A stretch of DNA of 44,052 nt from positions 1 through 44,052 of IMG/VR virus record IMGVR_UViG_3300038708_000013; one strand, given 5' to 3'. The DNA is from a virus. The notes beneath the pieces are model-generated. The model searched no databases and was not told the origin of the DNA. It saw nothing but the letters and a program-made list of their open reading frames with translations. Positions within the stretch are counted from its first letter, which is position 1; the number at the start of each line of letters is the position of its first letter. Positions 17,921-26,986 of this stretch are shown here, in pieces. The translations under genes and the position numbers were made by a program.

Positions 17921-18378
17921 CGTGTTATCTCGTATGTAATGGCGTTACGCATCTGACCGCTATCAATCAATGGCTTACTCGAACCTTTAGCTTCAATCGT
18001 GGACGCTGCCAGTGGCTTAAAATTGGCACTAAGCATATATTTCTGTATGTCTGCCTTCCCTGCCTCACCGACCAGTGATAGCGCATTGTGTAGGCTTGTA
18101 CGTCTAAATAGCAATCGTGCTGCCTGTTTACGCATTATCTTTTTGTACTTGTCCACGTTGTCAGCAATAGGCGGCCCGATAAAAGGACGTGCAGGTATAT
18201 TGCGAGTAGGGCTACCGTACTCGTGAACCATGCCTAATTCGTGCATACTCAAGTCAGTACCGCTATGACGACCACCGCTAGGCAATCCCACCTCAACCTT
18301 GTTTAAGCCCATCGAGCGCACGTTATCAATAATCCGATTCAATGCACCTGCATCTCTACGTCTGATAATTGCGGTCAT
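17917..18378 (-). CDS. HK97 gp10-like head-tail component
   Basis: Pattern VHEYGSPTRNIPARPFIGP. Confidence 0.45.
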   Translation of the reverse strand: MTAIIRRRDAGALNRIIDNVRSMGLNKVEVGLPSGGRHSGTDLSMHELGMVHEYGSPTRNIPARPFIGPPIADNVDKYKKIMRKQAARLLFRRTSLHNALSLVGEAGKADIQKYMLSANFKPLAASTIEAKGSSKPLIDSGQMRNAITYEITR

Positions 18379-18731
18379 ACGACAAATGCCCCGCTGTAGT
18401 TTGGTAGCAAGTCAATCAGCATGAGTAATTGCTGACCGTAGTTGGTCAAGTTGTACCATTCTCTATCTTGTGTTGATGATGAATAGGTAAATTGCACATC
18501 ACCGACCTTCTTAGACGTTTTAGATTGTATTGCGCTACCTGTGCCACCTGTCATGTTGTCAATGGTCAGTAGGTGCGCTGTGAGCAATCCTATTGCGTCA
18601 TTACGCATATCATCAAAGTAGCCAATCTTATCAATAAGTAAATTTGCAAACTTTAGCTTTGCCGTCACTTGCTCGGTAGTGGCTGACTGGCTAAAGTTTG
18701 GGTAAATCAGTAAAAATTCTTCGGTTGTCAT
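18375..18731 (-). CDS. Head-tail adaptor (DUF4054-like)
   Basis: Start set at ATG 18731 (MTTEEFLLIYPNF). The track's GTG start at 18767 lies inside the terminator hairpin. Confidence 0.45.
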   Translation of the reverse strand: MTTEEFLLIYPNFSQSATTEQVTAKLKFANLLIDKIGYFDDMRNDAIGLLTAHLLTIDNMTGGTGSAIQSKTSKKVGDVQFTYSSSTQDREWYNLTNYGQQLLMLIDLLPNYSGAFVV

Positions 18732-18755
18732 AGCCAGTCCTTTATTTTTGGTAAT

Positions 18756-18780
18756 AAAAAACCCCACGATTAGGTGAGGT
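18756..18780 (-). terminator. Intrinsic terminator after cassette gene 18811..19041
   Basis: Minus strand CCTCAC-CTAATC-GTGGGG followed by T6. Confidence 0.65.
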
Positions 18781-18810
18781 TTTGTTTGTTAGTGTATATT
18801 TCTTGGTGGC

Positions 18811-19041
18811 TCAATCTTCGTAAAGACCCGAATACTCGTTTGCTATGTCATCTTGAATAGCACATCGAATAGAACACTCACCAATTGGCATATCAGGCGT
18901 TCGCCAAATAGGTAATCTAATTGGTTTTCCTCCTGCGCCATACTGCTTACTGTGTTTCTCAATCTCGGCAGCGCTTGCCAGTGGATTAACAATCATTATT
19001 GTGTGCATTTTAGGAAAATCAAAACTTATCTCTTGGCTCAT
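18811..19041 (-). CDS. Small hypothetical protein (single-gene cassette)
   Basis: First ATG at 19041 (MSQEISF). The track ORF starts at GTG 19098. Confidence 0.4.
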   Translation of the reverse strand: MSQEISFDFPKMHTIMIVNPLASAAEIEKHSKQYGAGGKPIRLPIWRTPDMPIGECSIRCAIQDDIANEYSGLYED

Positions 19042-19131
19042 AATATTACTCGCTTTGTAATCGCTATTAGTTAGTTGTCGGAAACAAGTTAGCGTCACTT
19101 GCTTTCGGTAGCGAACCTATCCGACCCATTC

Positions 19132-19140
19132 ATTATATCA
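19132..19140 (-). promoter_or_regulatory. Extended -10 promoter element TGATATAAT
   Basis: Minus strand tgatataat, in the 102-nt gap after gene 19201..19530. Confidence 0.4.
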
Positions 19141-19200
19141 TTAAATCTATCGGCACATACGCCACCTTTTGATAGCGCATGTAGCTATAAATCTAACTTT

Positions 19201-19530
19201 TTACTGCTTACTTTCAATACCTTGCGCAATAACTAGCAACTCAGGCTTGTTGTCATCGCTGTCAAACTCACCGCCATTAGCCTTGATGTATGCCTCAAGC
19301 TCTTTGACCGTCATGTCACTGACAGCCTTAGTTTTGGACTTGTTGTCCTCTTTTGGCATATCAACCTTAATCACGCCTTTATCAATCATAATCTTCGTCA
19401 ATGGACGCTTTTGTAAGATTGCTAATTGGTCGGCTGTAACCTTGACTGGCTGACTAGGTGCAAGGCGAATCGCTTTGCCCTGCACATCGAGAGTAAGAGC
19501 CGTTTGCGTACCTTGATACGTGATAAACAT
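19201..19530 (-). CDS. Head-associated protein with SAP/HeH-like C-terminal motif
   Basis: 109 aa following the capsid gene. Motif MTVKELEAYIKANGG. Confidence 0.35.
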   Translation of the reverse strand: MFITYQGTQTALTLDVQGKAIRLAPSQPVKVTADQLAILQKRPLTKIMIDKGVIKVDMPKEDNKSKTKAVSDMTVKELEAYIKANGGEFDSDDNKPELLVIAQGIESKQ

Positions 19531-19540
19531 GCTTTACCCC

Positions 19541-20551
19541 TTATAGTCCGTCTAAGTAGATGACCGCTTTGGCTGATTTAATCCAAAGACCTGCGTACAA
19601 GTAATGACCTGGCACATAAATATCCAAATCTTTAGCTTGCGGTGCGACAAACTCCAAATCTTGCGGCAAGATAAGCTCAAGTGCTGATGGATCACGATTG
19701 TAGATAACAGCGCGTGGCGTAGAACCTTCACCTGCGGTATTAAGCTCAGGCAATGACTCGATAGTGACATCAACACCGTTTACCGTTAGCAAGTTGTTAG
19801 CGCGAATGTAAGACAAAATACTCGTCTCTGAATTTTCATTCACAGTGCGAGTGCTTAGTAAACGGAACTTAGCAGATGGCAGCAAGATAGTGTTAGGCAG
19901 ACCGCTTGTATCGCCTGTCATTTCACTTTCATCAAATGCCACACCGATAGCGTTAGCTAAGTCAGTGATGATGCTCTGTGCGCTTGCAGTATCCCAATCA
20001 GCAGTAGCGGCAACCACTTCGGGGATGTCATGGTTAAGCAAGCCCTGTAAACCCTTCTCAGGTTCACCGACCATTGCCACCTTATACATGTGGCGCTCAT
20101 AGCCTAAACGCGCAGCAGCAGCCTTATCGCTTGATAGCGGAATGTTGCCACGGCTAGCAGCTTGCATTTCAGCAATCGAGTATTGATAAGCGATTGAACC
20201 CATAACCACTTTAAGCGACTGGTCGCCATACATGACCTCAGCTAGTGGAATATCACCACCAGTACCGCTATGAGTGCGGCCCATACCGACAGCATCAGTA
20301 AAGCCTTTCACGATAGCAGTACCGACTACCGCAGTCGTTGAAGTGTCAACTGGTACTAAGCGAGTGTAACGCTGTGCAGCAGTCACGCGAGTATCAATTA
20401 ACGATTGAGTCTCAGCGCGAGCAATAGCGTTTGCTAAGTTCGTTTGGTTAAACGCATCACCGACAGCGGCTTTAATGCCTTCTAGCTGATGACTGCGCTG
20501 GTCTGCGCCTACTACCGTCAAAGCATCTAGTAACTCTTTTGTATATTTCAT
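19541..20551 (-). CDS. Major capsid protein (DUF2184-like type)
   Basis: 336 aa, in the canonical position after the scaffold/protease and a small head protein. Confidence 0.65.
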   Translation of the reverse strand: MKYTKELLDALTVVGADQRSHQLEGIKAAVGDAFNQTNLANAIARAETQSLIDTRVTAAQRYTRLVPVDTSTTAVVGTAIVKGFTDAVGMGRTHSGTGGDIPLAEVMYGDQSLKVVMGSIAYQYSIAEMQAASRGNIPLSSDKAAAARLGYERHMYKVAMVGEPEKGLQGLLNHDIPEVVAATADWDTASAQSIITDLANAIGVAFDESEMTGDTSGLPNTILLPSAKFRLLSTRTVNENSETSILSYIRANNLLTVNGVDVTIESLPELNTAGEGSTPRAVIYNRDPSALELILPQDLEFVAPQAKDLDIYVPGHYLYAGLWIKSAKAVIYLDGL

Positions 20552-20560
20552 AATATCCCC

Positions 20561-21010
20561 TTATCCTAAATGCACTACGGCTAGTTGGTCTGAGTTTGTT
20601 GGTACGTCCCAATAAGCGCCTACCAATTCCGTGTTACCTTCGGCTGTTTGACCTAGTGTGCCGTCCGCTACGTTGACATAAACTTTTGCAGCAGGGCCGC
20701 GAGCTGTGATGGTCTCGTTAGGCTTAACCCATACACGACCTTGCGTCATTACTGGCAATGTATCGTGCTGAATGTATGCCTCAGCTTTACCGTCAGCAGT
20801 GCGACCTGATTTACCGATGTGCTGGAATACAACCACACCAAAGCCAGTTGCATTAGCAGCCGCTTTACCGCAAGTCTCACCAGTAGCGAGTACAGATACC
20901 GTTTCGCCATCAATCACAGTGACGTTTTCAGTCAATGGCAATGAGCGTACATCTTCAGGCGTAGATTTAAGGCGTAAACCTGCAATCGCCATACGTGTTT
21001 CATGTTGCAT
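20561..21010 (-). CDS. Capsid-associated protein (decoration/structural)
   Basis: 149 aa between the scaffold/protease and capsid genes. Confidence 0.35.
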   Translation of the reverse strand: MQHETRMAIAGLRLKSTPEDVRSLPLTENVTVIDGETVSVLATGETCGKAAANATGFGVVVFQHIGKSGRTADGKAEAYIQHDTLPVMTQGRVWVKPNETITARGPAAKVYVNVADGTLGQTAEGNTELVGAYWDVPTNSDQLAVVHLG

Positions 21011-21021
21011 ATTAATACCCT

Positions 21022-22254
21022 CTATTTAGAATCATTTTTCCAAGCGTTAGACTTGGCACTTGCTGCCATAGCCTTAGCATCGGCAATTAGGTTTTGATTG
21101 TTTAGGCCATTCAATGCTTTAGCGGCTGCGCTATCGCCTGTATAAAGACCTGTCATTCTGCCAGCATTTCTGATTTGTTGATTTTCAGCGGCGCTTAGAT
21201 TGTTAGGCTTAATAGCCTTTAGCACCTTGAACGCTGTAGATAGCTGCTCAGGCTTGGCATCACCGATTGAGATACCTGACAAGATAGCGACCACGGCTGC
21301 ATCACCTGCATGAGCTGTTACCGTTTCACCGATGATTTCATCAAGTGACTTGCCGCTTGGCTCTAGATCAGGTTTAAGCTCTTTAGCATCTGCGATTGTC
21401 TCAGCACGTTCAGCCGCTAGCTTTTCAACGTCCTCAGCTTTGATGCTGTTTTGCTCAAGCTCATTAGCTTTAGTTTCAGCATCAGTCTTTTGCTGCACGA
21501 TTGCGTCAAATGCCGCTTGAATCGCCACAACGTCAGTCGCTTTAAAAGTCTGCTCACCGATTTTAACCTCGGTATCAGCCAGCTTTTTAGCCTCTGTCAG
21601 CTCGTTAGTTTGTGCGTCAATGGCTTGCTGCATCGGCTCTAAATTACTGCCCTCAACAACAAACGTTTGACCGTTTGCCAGTTTAATTTCCATCATTCTC
21701 TCCGTCATTTCATCACCGATACGAACGCTACTACCACCGCGCCCACGTTTTACTAAAGCCACATGATCGCCAACCATCGAGGTTACGACCACATCATATT
21801 CTTGTCCGTCATCTGTCTTGCCTGATTGCAGCTCAGCCGCCAATTCATAGCCTAGTGACAGCTCTACTTTCTTGCCGTCTTGAATGGTCTTAATAGCCGC
21901 CTTATCCTTTACGAGTAAGTCGCCTATCAATTTATTACCATCACGGCGGATATTTTTTGCATCACCAATAGCAAACTTGCGCCAGTTCTCAGGCGTCACT
22001 TGATTGCCGTCTGGATGGTTATCAACAAAGTCGGTTATGTTGTCCATAACAGCAGGGCTGAACAGCGTGTCAGCAGGTGTGAACATACGAATCATCTTAC
22101 CGTCACCGACCGGCAGTCCTAGCTCTGTAGGGTGATATTCACGCACCTGTGGAGCTACTGCGAGCACAGCATCACGACATAGCAACCCTTTAGGTGTCAT
22201 CGTTCGGCTAGATGGCGCAAAGTCACCGACCTTTACGTTAAGTTTGAATTTCAT
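21022..22254 (-). CDS. Prohead scaffold/protease-like protein (DUF2213-like N-terminus, coiled-coil C-terminus)
   Basis: N-terminal pattern REYHPTELGL...MFTPADTLFS...DNHPDG and GDHVALVKRGRGG. Ala/Glu/Lys-rich helical C-terminal half. Confidence 0.5.
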   Translation of the reverse strand: MKFKLNVKVGDFAPSSRTMTPKGLLCRDAVLAVAPQVREYHPTELGLPVGDGKMIRMFTPADTLFSPAVMDNITDFVDNHPDGNQVTPENWRKFAIGDAKNIRRDGNKLIGDLLVKDKAAIKTIQDGKKVELSLGYELAAELQSGKTDDGQEYDVVVTSMVGDHVALVKRGRGGSSVRIGDEMTERMMEIKLANGQTFVVEGSNLEPMQQAIDAQTNELTEAKKLADTEVKIGEQTFKATDVVAIQAAFDAIVQQKTDAETKANELEQNSIKAEDVEKLAAERAETIADAKELKPDLEPSGKSLDEIIGETVTAHAGDAAVVAILSGISIGDAKPEQLSTAFKVLKAIKPNNLSAAENQQIRNAGRMTGLYTGDSAAAKALNGLNNQNLIADAKAMAASAKSNAWKNDSK

Positions 22255-22350
22255 AATTACTCAATCCATACGGTTATTGTTTTCTGTCCATCGTCGCTAT
22301 CCTCTGAACCTGGCGGTACTGGATTTCGTACTGTCATAATCATCACCCAC

Positions 22351-22375
22351 AAAAAAACCGCCCATTTAGGCGGCT
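22351..22375 (-). terminator. Intrinsic terminator after cassette gene 22393..22584
   Basis: Minus strand GCCGCC-TAAAT-GGGCGG followed by T7. Confidence 0.7.
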
Positions 22376-22392
22376 GTTAATTTAGTAAATCT

Positions 22393-22584
22393 TTATTTTT
22401 CGACTTCTAGCGTTATATTAATAGGCTGATTATCTGGTCTATCGTAAAAACCATGCTCACATAGCACCTCAATAACCGCTCCACTAATCAAGTCTCTTGA
22501 CTTCTCGTTATTTTTGGCATTATCACCTAGCCGCTCATTAACCCTGGTTTCAATATCAGCCCTTATTTTGCTTATATCTGTCAT
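22393..22584 (-). CDS. Small hypothetical protein (single-gene cassette)
   Basis: 63 aa. RBS AAGGGG before the ATG. Confidence 0.45.
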   Translation of the reverse strand: MTDISKIRADIETRVNERLGDNAKNNEKSRDLISGAVIEVLCEHGFYDRPDNQPINITLEVEK

Positions 22585-22609
22585 AATTAACCCCTTATTT
22601 TATAGAGTT

Positions 22610-22618
22610 ATTATAGCA
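22610..22618 (-). promoter_or_regulatory. Extended -10 promoter element TGCTATAAT
   Basis: Minus strand tgctataataac, the same 11-mer (TGCTATAATAA) as at 17058..17068, 26 nt before ATG 22584. Confidence 0.5.
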
Positions 22619-22725
22619 TGTCAGACTTATTGTCATTAGCTGTTTCAGCCTCGCTCACCTTGGCTTTATTGTCCATGTATCGCAAGAATTTATCAGCAAG
22701 TAGTAATAGCAACAGTCTCATATAA

Positions 22726-23550
22726 TCACCCCAACAAATCATCTAATGCAGGAATAGGCGTACATCGACAGCGTATTGCTTGACCAGGGTGCCCATCAGG
22801 CGGTGGGCTATTCCACGCTATCAAATCACCGTCATAACCCTTGTGTCTGCGTCTGACACGCTCGTCATTGCTCGTTGACCAGTAGTAATGCGTTATCCCT
22901 AGCGATTGCTGTCTAAGCTCGTTAAAACGCCCATTTAGCTTACCCATCTGGTCACGCGCTATCAGTCTGGCCCTAGCATCAGTCGATTGCCCTAATGCTT
23001 TGATTTCGCCCTCGATGAACGCGCTACTCTTACCATCTTGCAGACCTGTTAGGATTATCGTTTCAAGTCGCTGTTGATACTGGCTCGGTATTGACTCAAT
23101 AAGCTGTACGTTGGCTGTGATTGCCGTATTGACCGCCTCGGTTAATGTGCCAGTTTTCATCACGCCTGTTATGTCGATACCTGACATTGATTTAATCTGA
23201 TCGGCAAGTTGTTTGTCCGTGGCCTTGGCTTGCTTATTGGTCACTTTCTTAGCAATACCCTGTGAGACTTTGCTAACCTTGCTTGCGACATCATTAAACT
23301 TTTGCGTTAATCGATTGAGCCAAGCAGGTGCGTCACCAATAGCTGCATCGCCAACAAATAACCCTGTGGTCTGCATATACTTGGCAATCTCTAACCCCTC
23401 GGTTTTGCACAGCTTACTTACTGCCAATAATTCTTTAGTGTATGCAATCTCAGCGGCTCGGCTAAACACGACTGGCTTAGCTTGAGCCTTGCGACCTTTC
23501 TTAGTTGCCCTACCCTGTTTAAGTAAGGGCGCTATCGTCTGTAGTGTCAT
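22726..23550 (-). CDS. Head morphogenesis protein, Mu F / SPP1 gp7-like
   Basis: C-terminal motif RARLIARDQMGKL...HYYWSTSNDERVRRRH...HPGQAIRCRC. Confidence 0.75.
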   Translation of the reverse strand: MTLQTIAPLLKQGRATKKGRKAQAKPVVFSRAAEIAYTKELLAVSKLCKTEGLEIAKYMQTTGLFVGDAAIGDAPAWLNRLTQKFNDVASKVSKVSQGIAKKVTNKQAKATDKQLADQIKSMSGIDITGVMKTGTLTEAVNTAITANVQLIESIPSQYQQRLETIILTGLQDGKSSAFIEGEIKALGQSTDARARLIARDQMGKLNGRFNELRQQSLGITHYYWSTSNDERVRRRHKGYDGDLIAWNSPPPDGHPGQAIRCRCTPIPALDDLLG

Positions 23551-24859
23551 CTAGTGCCCCTGCCATGCTATCGAGTAGTGCAATGTGAGCTTCATCAATC
23601 ACTGTATAAGTGCCGTCATCAACGAGCTGTCTTGCAATCATTGCCTCTGTCACGATACCTAGTGTTAGATAATTGCTGTCACGTTCACTGTTTGATTTCT
23701 CAATGGTTGCCTTGACTGCATCGTCCATTTGCCACAGCGGATTAAATACAAGCCCTAAATCATCAACAGCAAAGCCTAGCGACTTCGCCATAATTGATAG
23801 TAGTATCTCAAGCGGCTGCCTGATTTCGTTTTCCTGAATCGAGCTGATAAAGTCATAGTAACTCCGCATCTCAAAATCACCACTGCTATTTAGTCCACCA
23901 ACTGACTGACCAAACAACAACGAATAAGGCATGTTAGCCGCCCCAGCCGTGACAACTTGAAACTGTTGCATGAGCTGCGGCAATCCACCGAACGAATAAG
24001 CCTTGCTTTGGTAATCCTCGTCTTTATCCATAACGAGCATACCGTTGTTGCCCTTCATGGTGGCTAGGCTTGTAAATCTTTGCACCATTTGACTAACAGC
24101 AGCAGCAGGGCTTGTACTTAACGCTTTCATGAGTCCGGGCACTTTGAATATATCAACCTTTGCCTCATAGACTAGGCTTGCAGCATTTGCGTTCACTGAC
24201 GCATGTTGCTTGATAGACTCGTATATCTTTTGCAGTGTCGGCTTTGGCAACCCGTCCTTATCTTTAATTAAGCCTGACGCATCAATACGCACTAAGCGGC
24301 TATGATGAATGTATTTGCCTTCCCAATCCTTGCCAATTTGATAATACTCAGGCTGATTCCATTTACCTTGTGCTTTGTCAGCAGATATGAAAGTAGTGTC
24401 ACGCTTTGGCTTGCACTCATCGCGCTTTAGCAGACTAAAAAACGATAGGTCAACATTGTCATAATCTAATGGCTCGGTTAAATCTGTATCGCCATACTCA
24501 CCGATTAAGATATAACACCAACCATGTAAACGACCATATGCCACCGACTCAATCAGCAGATCATCAAATCCGATACGTTTAGATAAGTTTTTAATGGCTT
24601 TGTCTTGATCTGAATCAACACCAGCCAAGTAATACCCAGCTCGAAAACAATCATACGCAGGTTTATCAATGATGCGCTGTGCCACCCAATCACCGTCATA
24701 GACGTTTTCAAGTGCTCTTACGTCCATGCGGCTAGTTGGCATAAATTCAGCCATAGTCGCTTTATCACGCGCTGTACCAAGCCCTGCTACGAAGTTGACG
24801 AAGGCGTTATCACCGATAGCAACTTGTAAGGCTTTTTTAAATAAACTGTCTTTACTCAT
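23519..24859 (-). CDS. Portal protein (DUF1073-type)
   Basis: 446 aa between the terminase and the Mu-F-like gene. N-terminal pattern FVNFVAGLGTARDK. Confidence 0.7.
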   Translation of the reverse strand: MSKDSLFKKALQVAIGDNAFVNFVAGLGTARDKATMAEFMPTSRMDVRALENVYDGDWVAQRIIDKPAYDCFRAGYYLAGVDSDQDKAIKNLSKRIGFDDLLIESVAYGRLHGWCYILIGEYGDTDLTEPLDYDNVDLSFFSLLKRDECKPKRDTTFISADKAQGKWNQPEYYQIGKDWEGKYIHHSRLVRIDASGLIKDKDGLPKPTLQKIYESIKQHASVNANAASLVYEAKVDIFKVPGLMKALSTSPAAAVSQMVQRFTSLATMKGNNGMLVMDKDEDYQSKAYSFGGLPQLMQQFQVVTAGAANMPYSLLFGQSVGGLNSSGDFEMRSYYDFISSIQENEIRQPLEILLSIMAKSLGFAVDDLGLVFNPLWQMDDAVKATIEKSNSERDSNYLTLGIVTEAMIARQLVDDGTYTVIDEAHIALLDSMAGALDDTTDDSALT

Positions 24860-24867
24860 TGCTATTC

Positions 24868-26259
24868 CTATAAATCAAACATGGTGACGGCTGGCTGCTT
24901 GGTTAAATGTGGCGATAAGGCCATGATTGCAGCGTCAGCCACGTTAGGTGAGTCGATACCGCGCTTTTTGAGGTCAGACTTACTTTCAACCTTAACCTTT
25001 CCTGCGCTGTCTCTATCCTGCCTTGGTGTCGATAATTCGTTCTTTAGCTGCTCGATATAGTCATCACCAATCTCGCTAGATATACTTATCAGGTCGCTAG
25101 GGTCGTAAACCGTACTGTTATCAATCGCATCTTTAACGTTCTTTAACCGCCTTGCTACATCCCACCATGCTTGCGCCTTTAAGTTGGCAAACATATCTTT
25201 GTTGAGCTTATCGATTGTGTATTCTTGATCAGGATTCGCCACCCCTGCACCTGCAACAAACTTAGCGTATTCAATATCAGGCACGTTCAAGTTATCAGGA
25301 TGTTTGTTTAATTCCTCAAACTTAGCCCCTGCACTTGCGCCCACACCGATTGAGTCATAGATGATTTTGGCATTGGTATCTTTAGCAGTACCATAAGCAC
25401 GAGTACAACTCTTAAGTAGCTCATCCTCTCCACCTTTCCATTCATCAATAGATAACAATACCGAGCCATGTGCGCCCACTGTGGCGTTCTTATCCTCACC
25501 TGCATCCGCTACGTCATAACCTAGCGTCTTAGCACCTGACGGCTCAAATCCTAGCTTGATATGCGCATCAATAGCCGCACTGACCCATGAGCGTTTGATA
25601 ATTGCTAACTGATCATCAGACTTAACAGCACCTAAGTAAACGTGCTCAAAATCCTCATAGTCGCTTACGCGCTTGGCTTCAATAACTTTTAATATCGTGT
25701 CAGATAAGAACGGATTTTCATCAAAATTGATATGCCGAACGATGGTATCTGGTGGCGTATTAACGACAAAGTTTTGATAAACAAAGTCGCTAACCAAATC
25801 AGGGTTAAACAATATCCAAAACTGCGAGTAGTCTTTACGCACTGTTGGCTCAAGTATTTCCCACTGCTTAGCGGTTAATGAGTGCGCTTCTTCTATCCAA
25901 CAAACATCAATACCTTCTAGTGAACGTATTTCTTCAATGTTCCGCCATAAGCCATAAAACATAAATTCAGTGCCAGTCACTTTGTTTACAATCTTGTTGA
26001 CCTGTATATCAAAGTTATCTTGTAGACCGAATCTATTAATCTGTGTTTTCAGCAGTGTATAAACCGATTGCTCAATCTTGTTCTGAATCTGCCTCGCGCA
26101 TAGAAAGCGTAGGTTGTAATTATTAGCTAAGAATATCGCAAACCCTGCCGCATCCCATGACTTAGATGATGCCCTGCCGCCTTTAAGTATTCTATTGCGA
26201 GCAGGTGCTTTCCAAAAATCCTCTAGTGCTGGGTTAAGTGTCGCTGTCTCCTTCATCAT
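24868..26259 (-). CDS. terL: Terminase large subunit
   Basis: Walker-A-like GGRASSKSWD. 463 aa. Follows the small subunit. Confidence 0.8.
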   Translation of the reverse strand: MMKETATLNPALEDFWKAPARNRILKGGRASSKSWDAAGFAIFLANNYNLRFLCARQIQNKIEQSVYTLLKTQINRFGLQDNFDIQVNKIVNKVTGTEFMFYGLWRNIEEIRSLEGIDVCWIEEAHSLTAKQWEILEPTVRKDYSQFWILFNPDLVSDFVYQNFVVNTPPDTIVRHINFDENPFLSDTILKVIEAKRVSDYEDFEHVYLGAVKSDDQLAIIKRSWVSAAIDAHIKLGFEPSGAKTLGYDVADAGEDKNATVGAHGSVLLSIDEWKGGEDELLKSCTRAYGTAKDTNAKIIYDSIGVGASAGAKFEELNKHPDNLNVPDIEYAKFVAGAGVANPDQEYTIDKLNKDMFANLKAQAWWDVARRLKNVKDAIDNSTVYDPSDLISISSEIGDDYIEQLKNELSTPRQDRDSAGKVKVESKSDLKKRGIDSPNVADAAIMALSPHLTKQPAVTMFDL

Positions 26260-26725
26260 CGCCCCTGCCGTAGAAGTGGCCTAAGCCTGATTTAATCTCT
26301 TTGCCGCCTGTGGTATGGTCAATATTCTGACTATCACGCCACATCTTAGGCTGTCTATTCTTTAGCCAAAAGATAGCGGCTGTCGTATCAGGCTGCACAT
26401 GCTTGATGGTTGGCACAATCAGCGGCTCACCATTGTTATTGAATATCTTATCCTCATCATGCTCATAGCCAATTGCACGCTTATACAATCGACTAGCGAC
26501 ATTTGCATCTGCTGAAATCTTGCCCCTTTTTATGGACTCAAGAAATTCAGGATGCTTTAACTTCCAGTTGTTGATCGTTGTCTCTGAAACTTCAAAGAAA
26601 TCAGCCATATCTTTATCGGTTGAGCCAAGCAAACAAAGTTTGTAAGCCTGCTTGTTGTACTCTTCTTTGTACTCTGTTTTTCGCCCTGCATTGCTCTTAT
26701 CGCCCTCAGGCATATCATTACTCAT
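26234..26725 (-). CDS. terS: Terminase small subunit
   Basis: Start set at ATG 26725 behind GGAGGG. HTH region MADFFEVSETTINNWKLKHPEF. The track's N-terminal extension runs through a terminator. Confidence 0.65.
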   Translation of the reverse strand: MSNDMPEGDKSNAGRKTEYKEEYNKQAYKLCLLGSTDKDMADFFEVSETTINNWKLKHPEFLESIKRGKISADANVASRLYKRAIGYEHDEDKIFNNNGEPLIVPTIKHVQPDTTAAIFWLKNRQPKMWRDSQNIDHTTGGKEIKSGLGHFYGRGDDEGDSDT

Positions 26726-26745
26726 ACGCCCTCCAGCGTTAATAT

Positions 26746-26773
26746 AAAAAAAGCCCATCAAATCAATGTGGGC
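26746..26773 (-). terminator. Intrinsic terminator upstream of terS
   Basis: Minus strand GCCCA-loop-TGGGC followed by T7. Confidence 0.55.
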
Positions 26774-26780
26774 AAAGTGG

Positions 26781-26975
26781 TTATAAACCAAAGTCAGACC
26801 AAAAACCCTTCTTTAATCTAGACTTAGCTAAATCCAATCTGTCTTCTCTGATAGTGGAGGTCATTGACAAGAAGTCCATATGCCTATCAACACTATCAAT
26901 ATAATGCGAGTTATTTAATTTTTGGTTTATCGCGTAAAAGGTTATAACCACTGCATAAATAATTAACCAGCTCAT
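26781..26975 (-). CDS. Small membrane protein at the head of the late operon
   Basis: 64 aa with an N-terminal hydrophobic helix. RBS GAGGTGAG. Confidence 0.45.
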   Translation of the reverse strand: MSWLIIYAVVITFYAINQKLNNSHYIDSVDRHMDFLSMTSTIREDRLDLAKSRLKKGFWSDFGL

Positions 26976-26986
26976 CGCTCACCTCG

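Noticed and set aside
608-21642. Plus-strand track ORFs inside the minus-strand late genes (e.g. 608..811, 717..1058, 6093..6293, 7693..8022, 9478..9732, 12803..13072, 13283..13660, 13670..14041, 15542..15808, 19169..19453, 19845..20102, 21332..21520)
   Set aside because: They lie antisense to long genes with recognisable phage functions. They have low-complexity Ser/Leu/Ala/Cys-rich compositions and lack ribosome-binding sites. They are typical shadow ORFs.
26726-26791. N-terminal extension of the small terminase ORF
   Set aside because: The extension runs through an intrinsic terminator hairpin. ATG 26725 has a GGAGGG ribosome-binding site.
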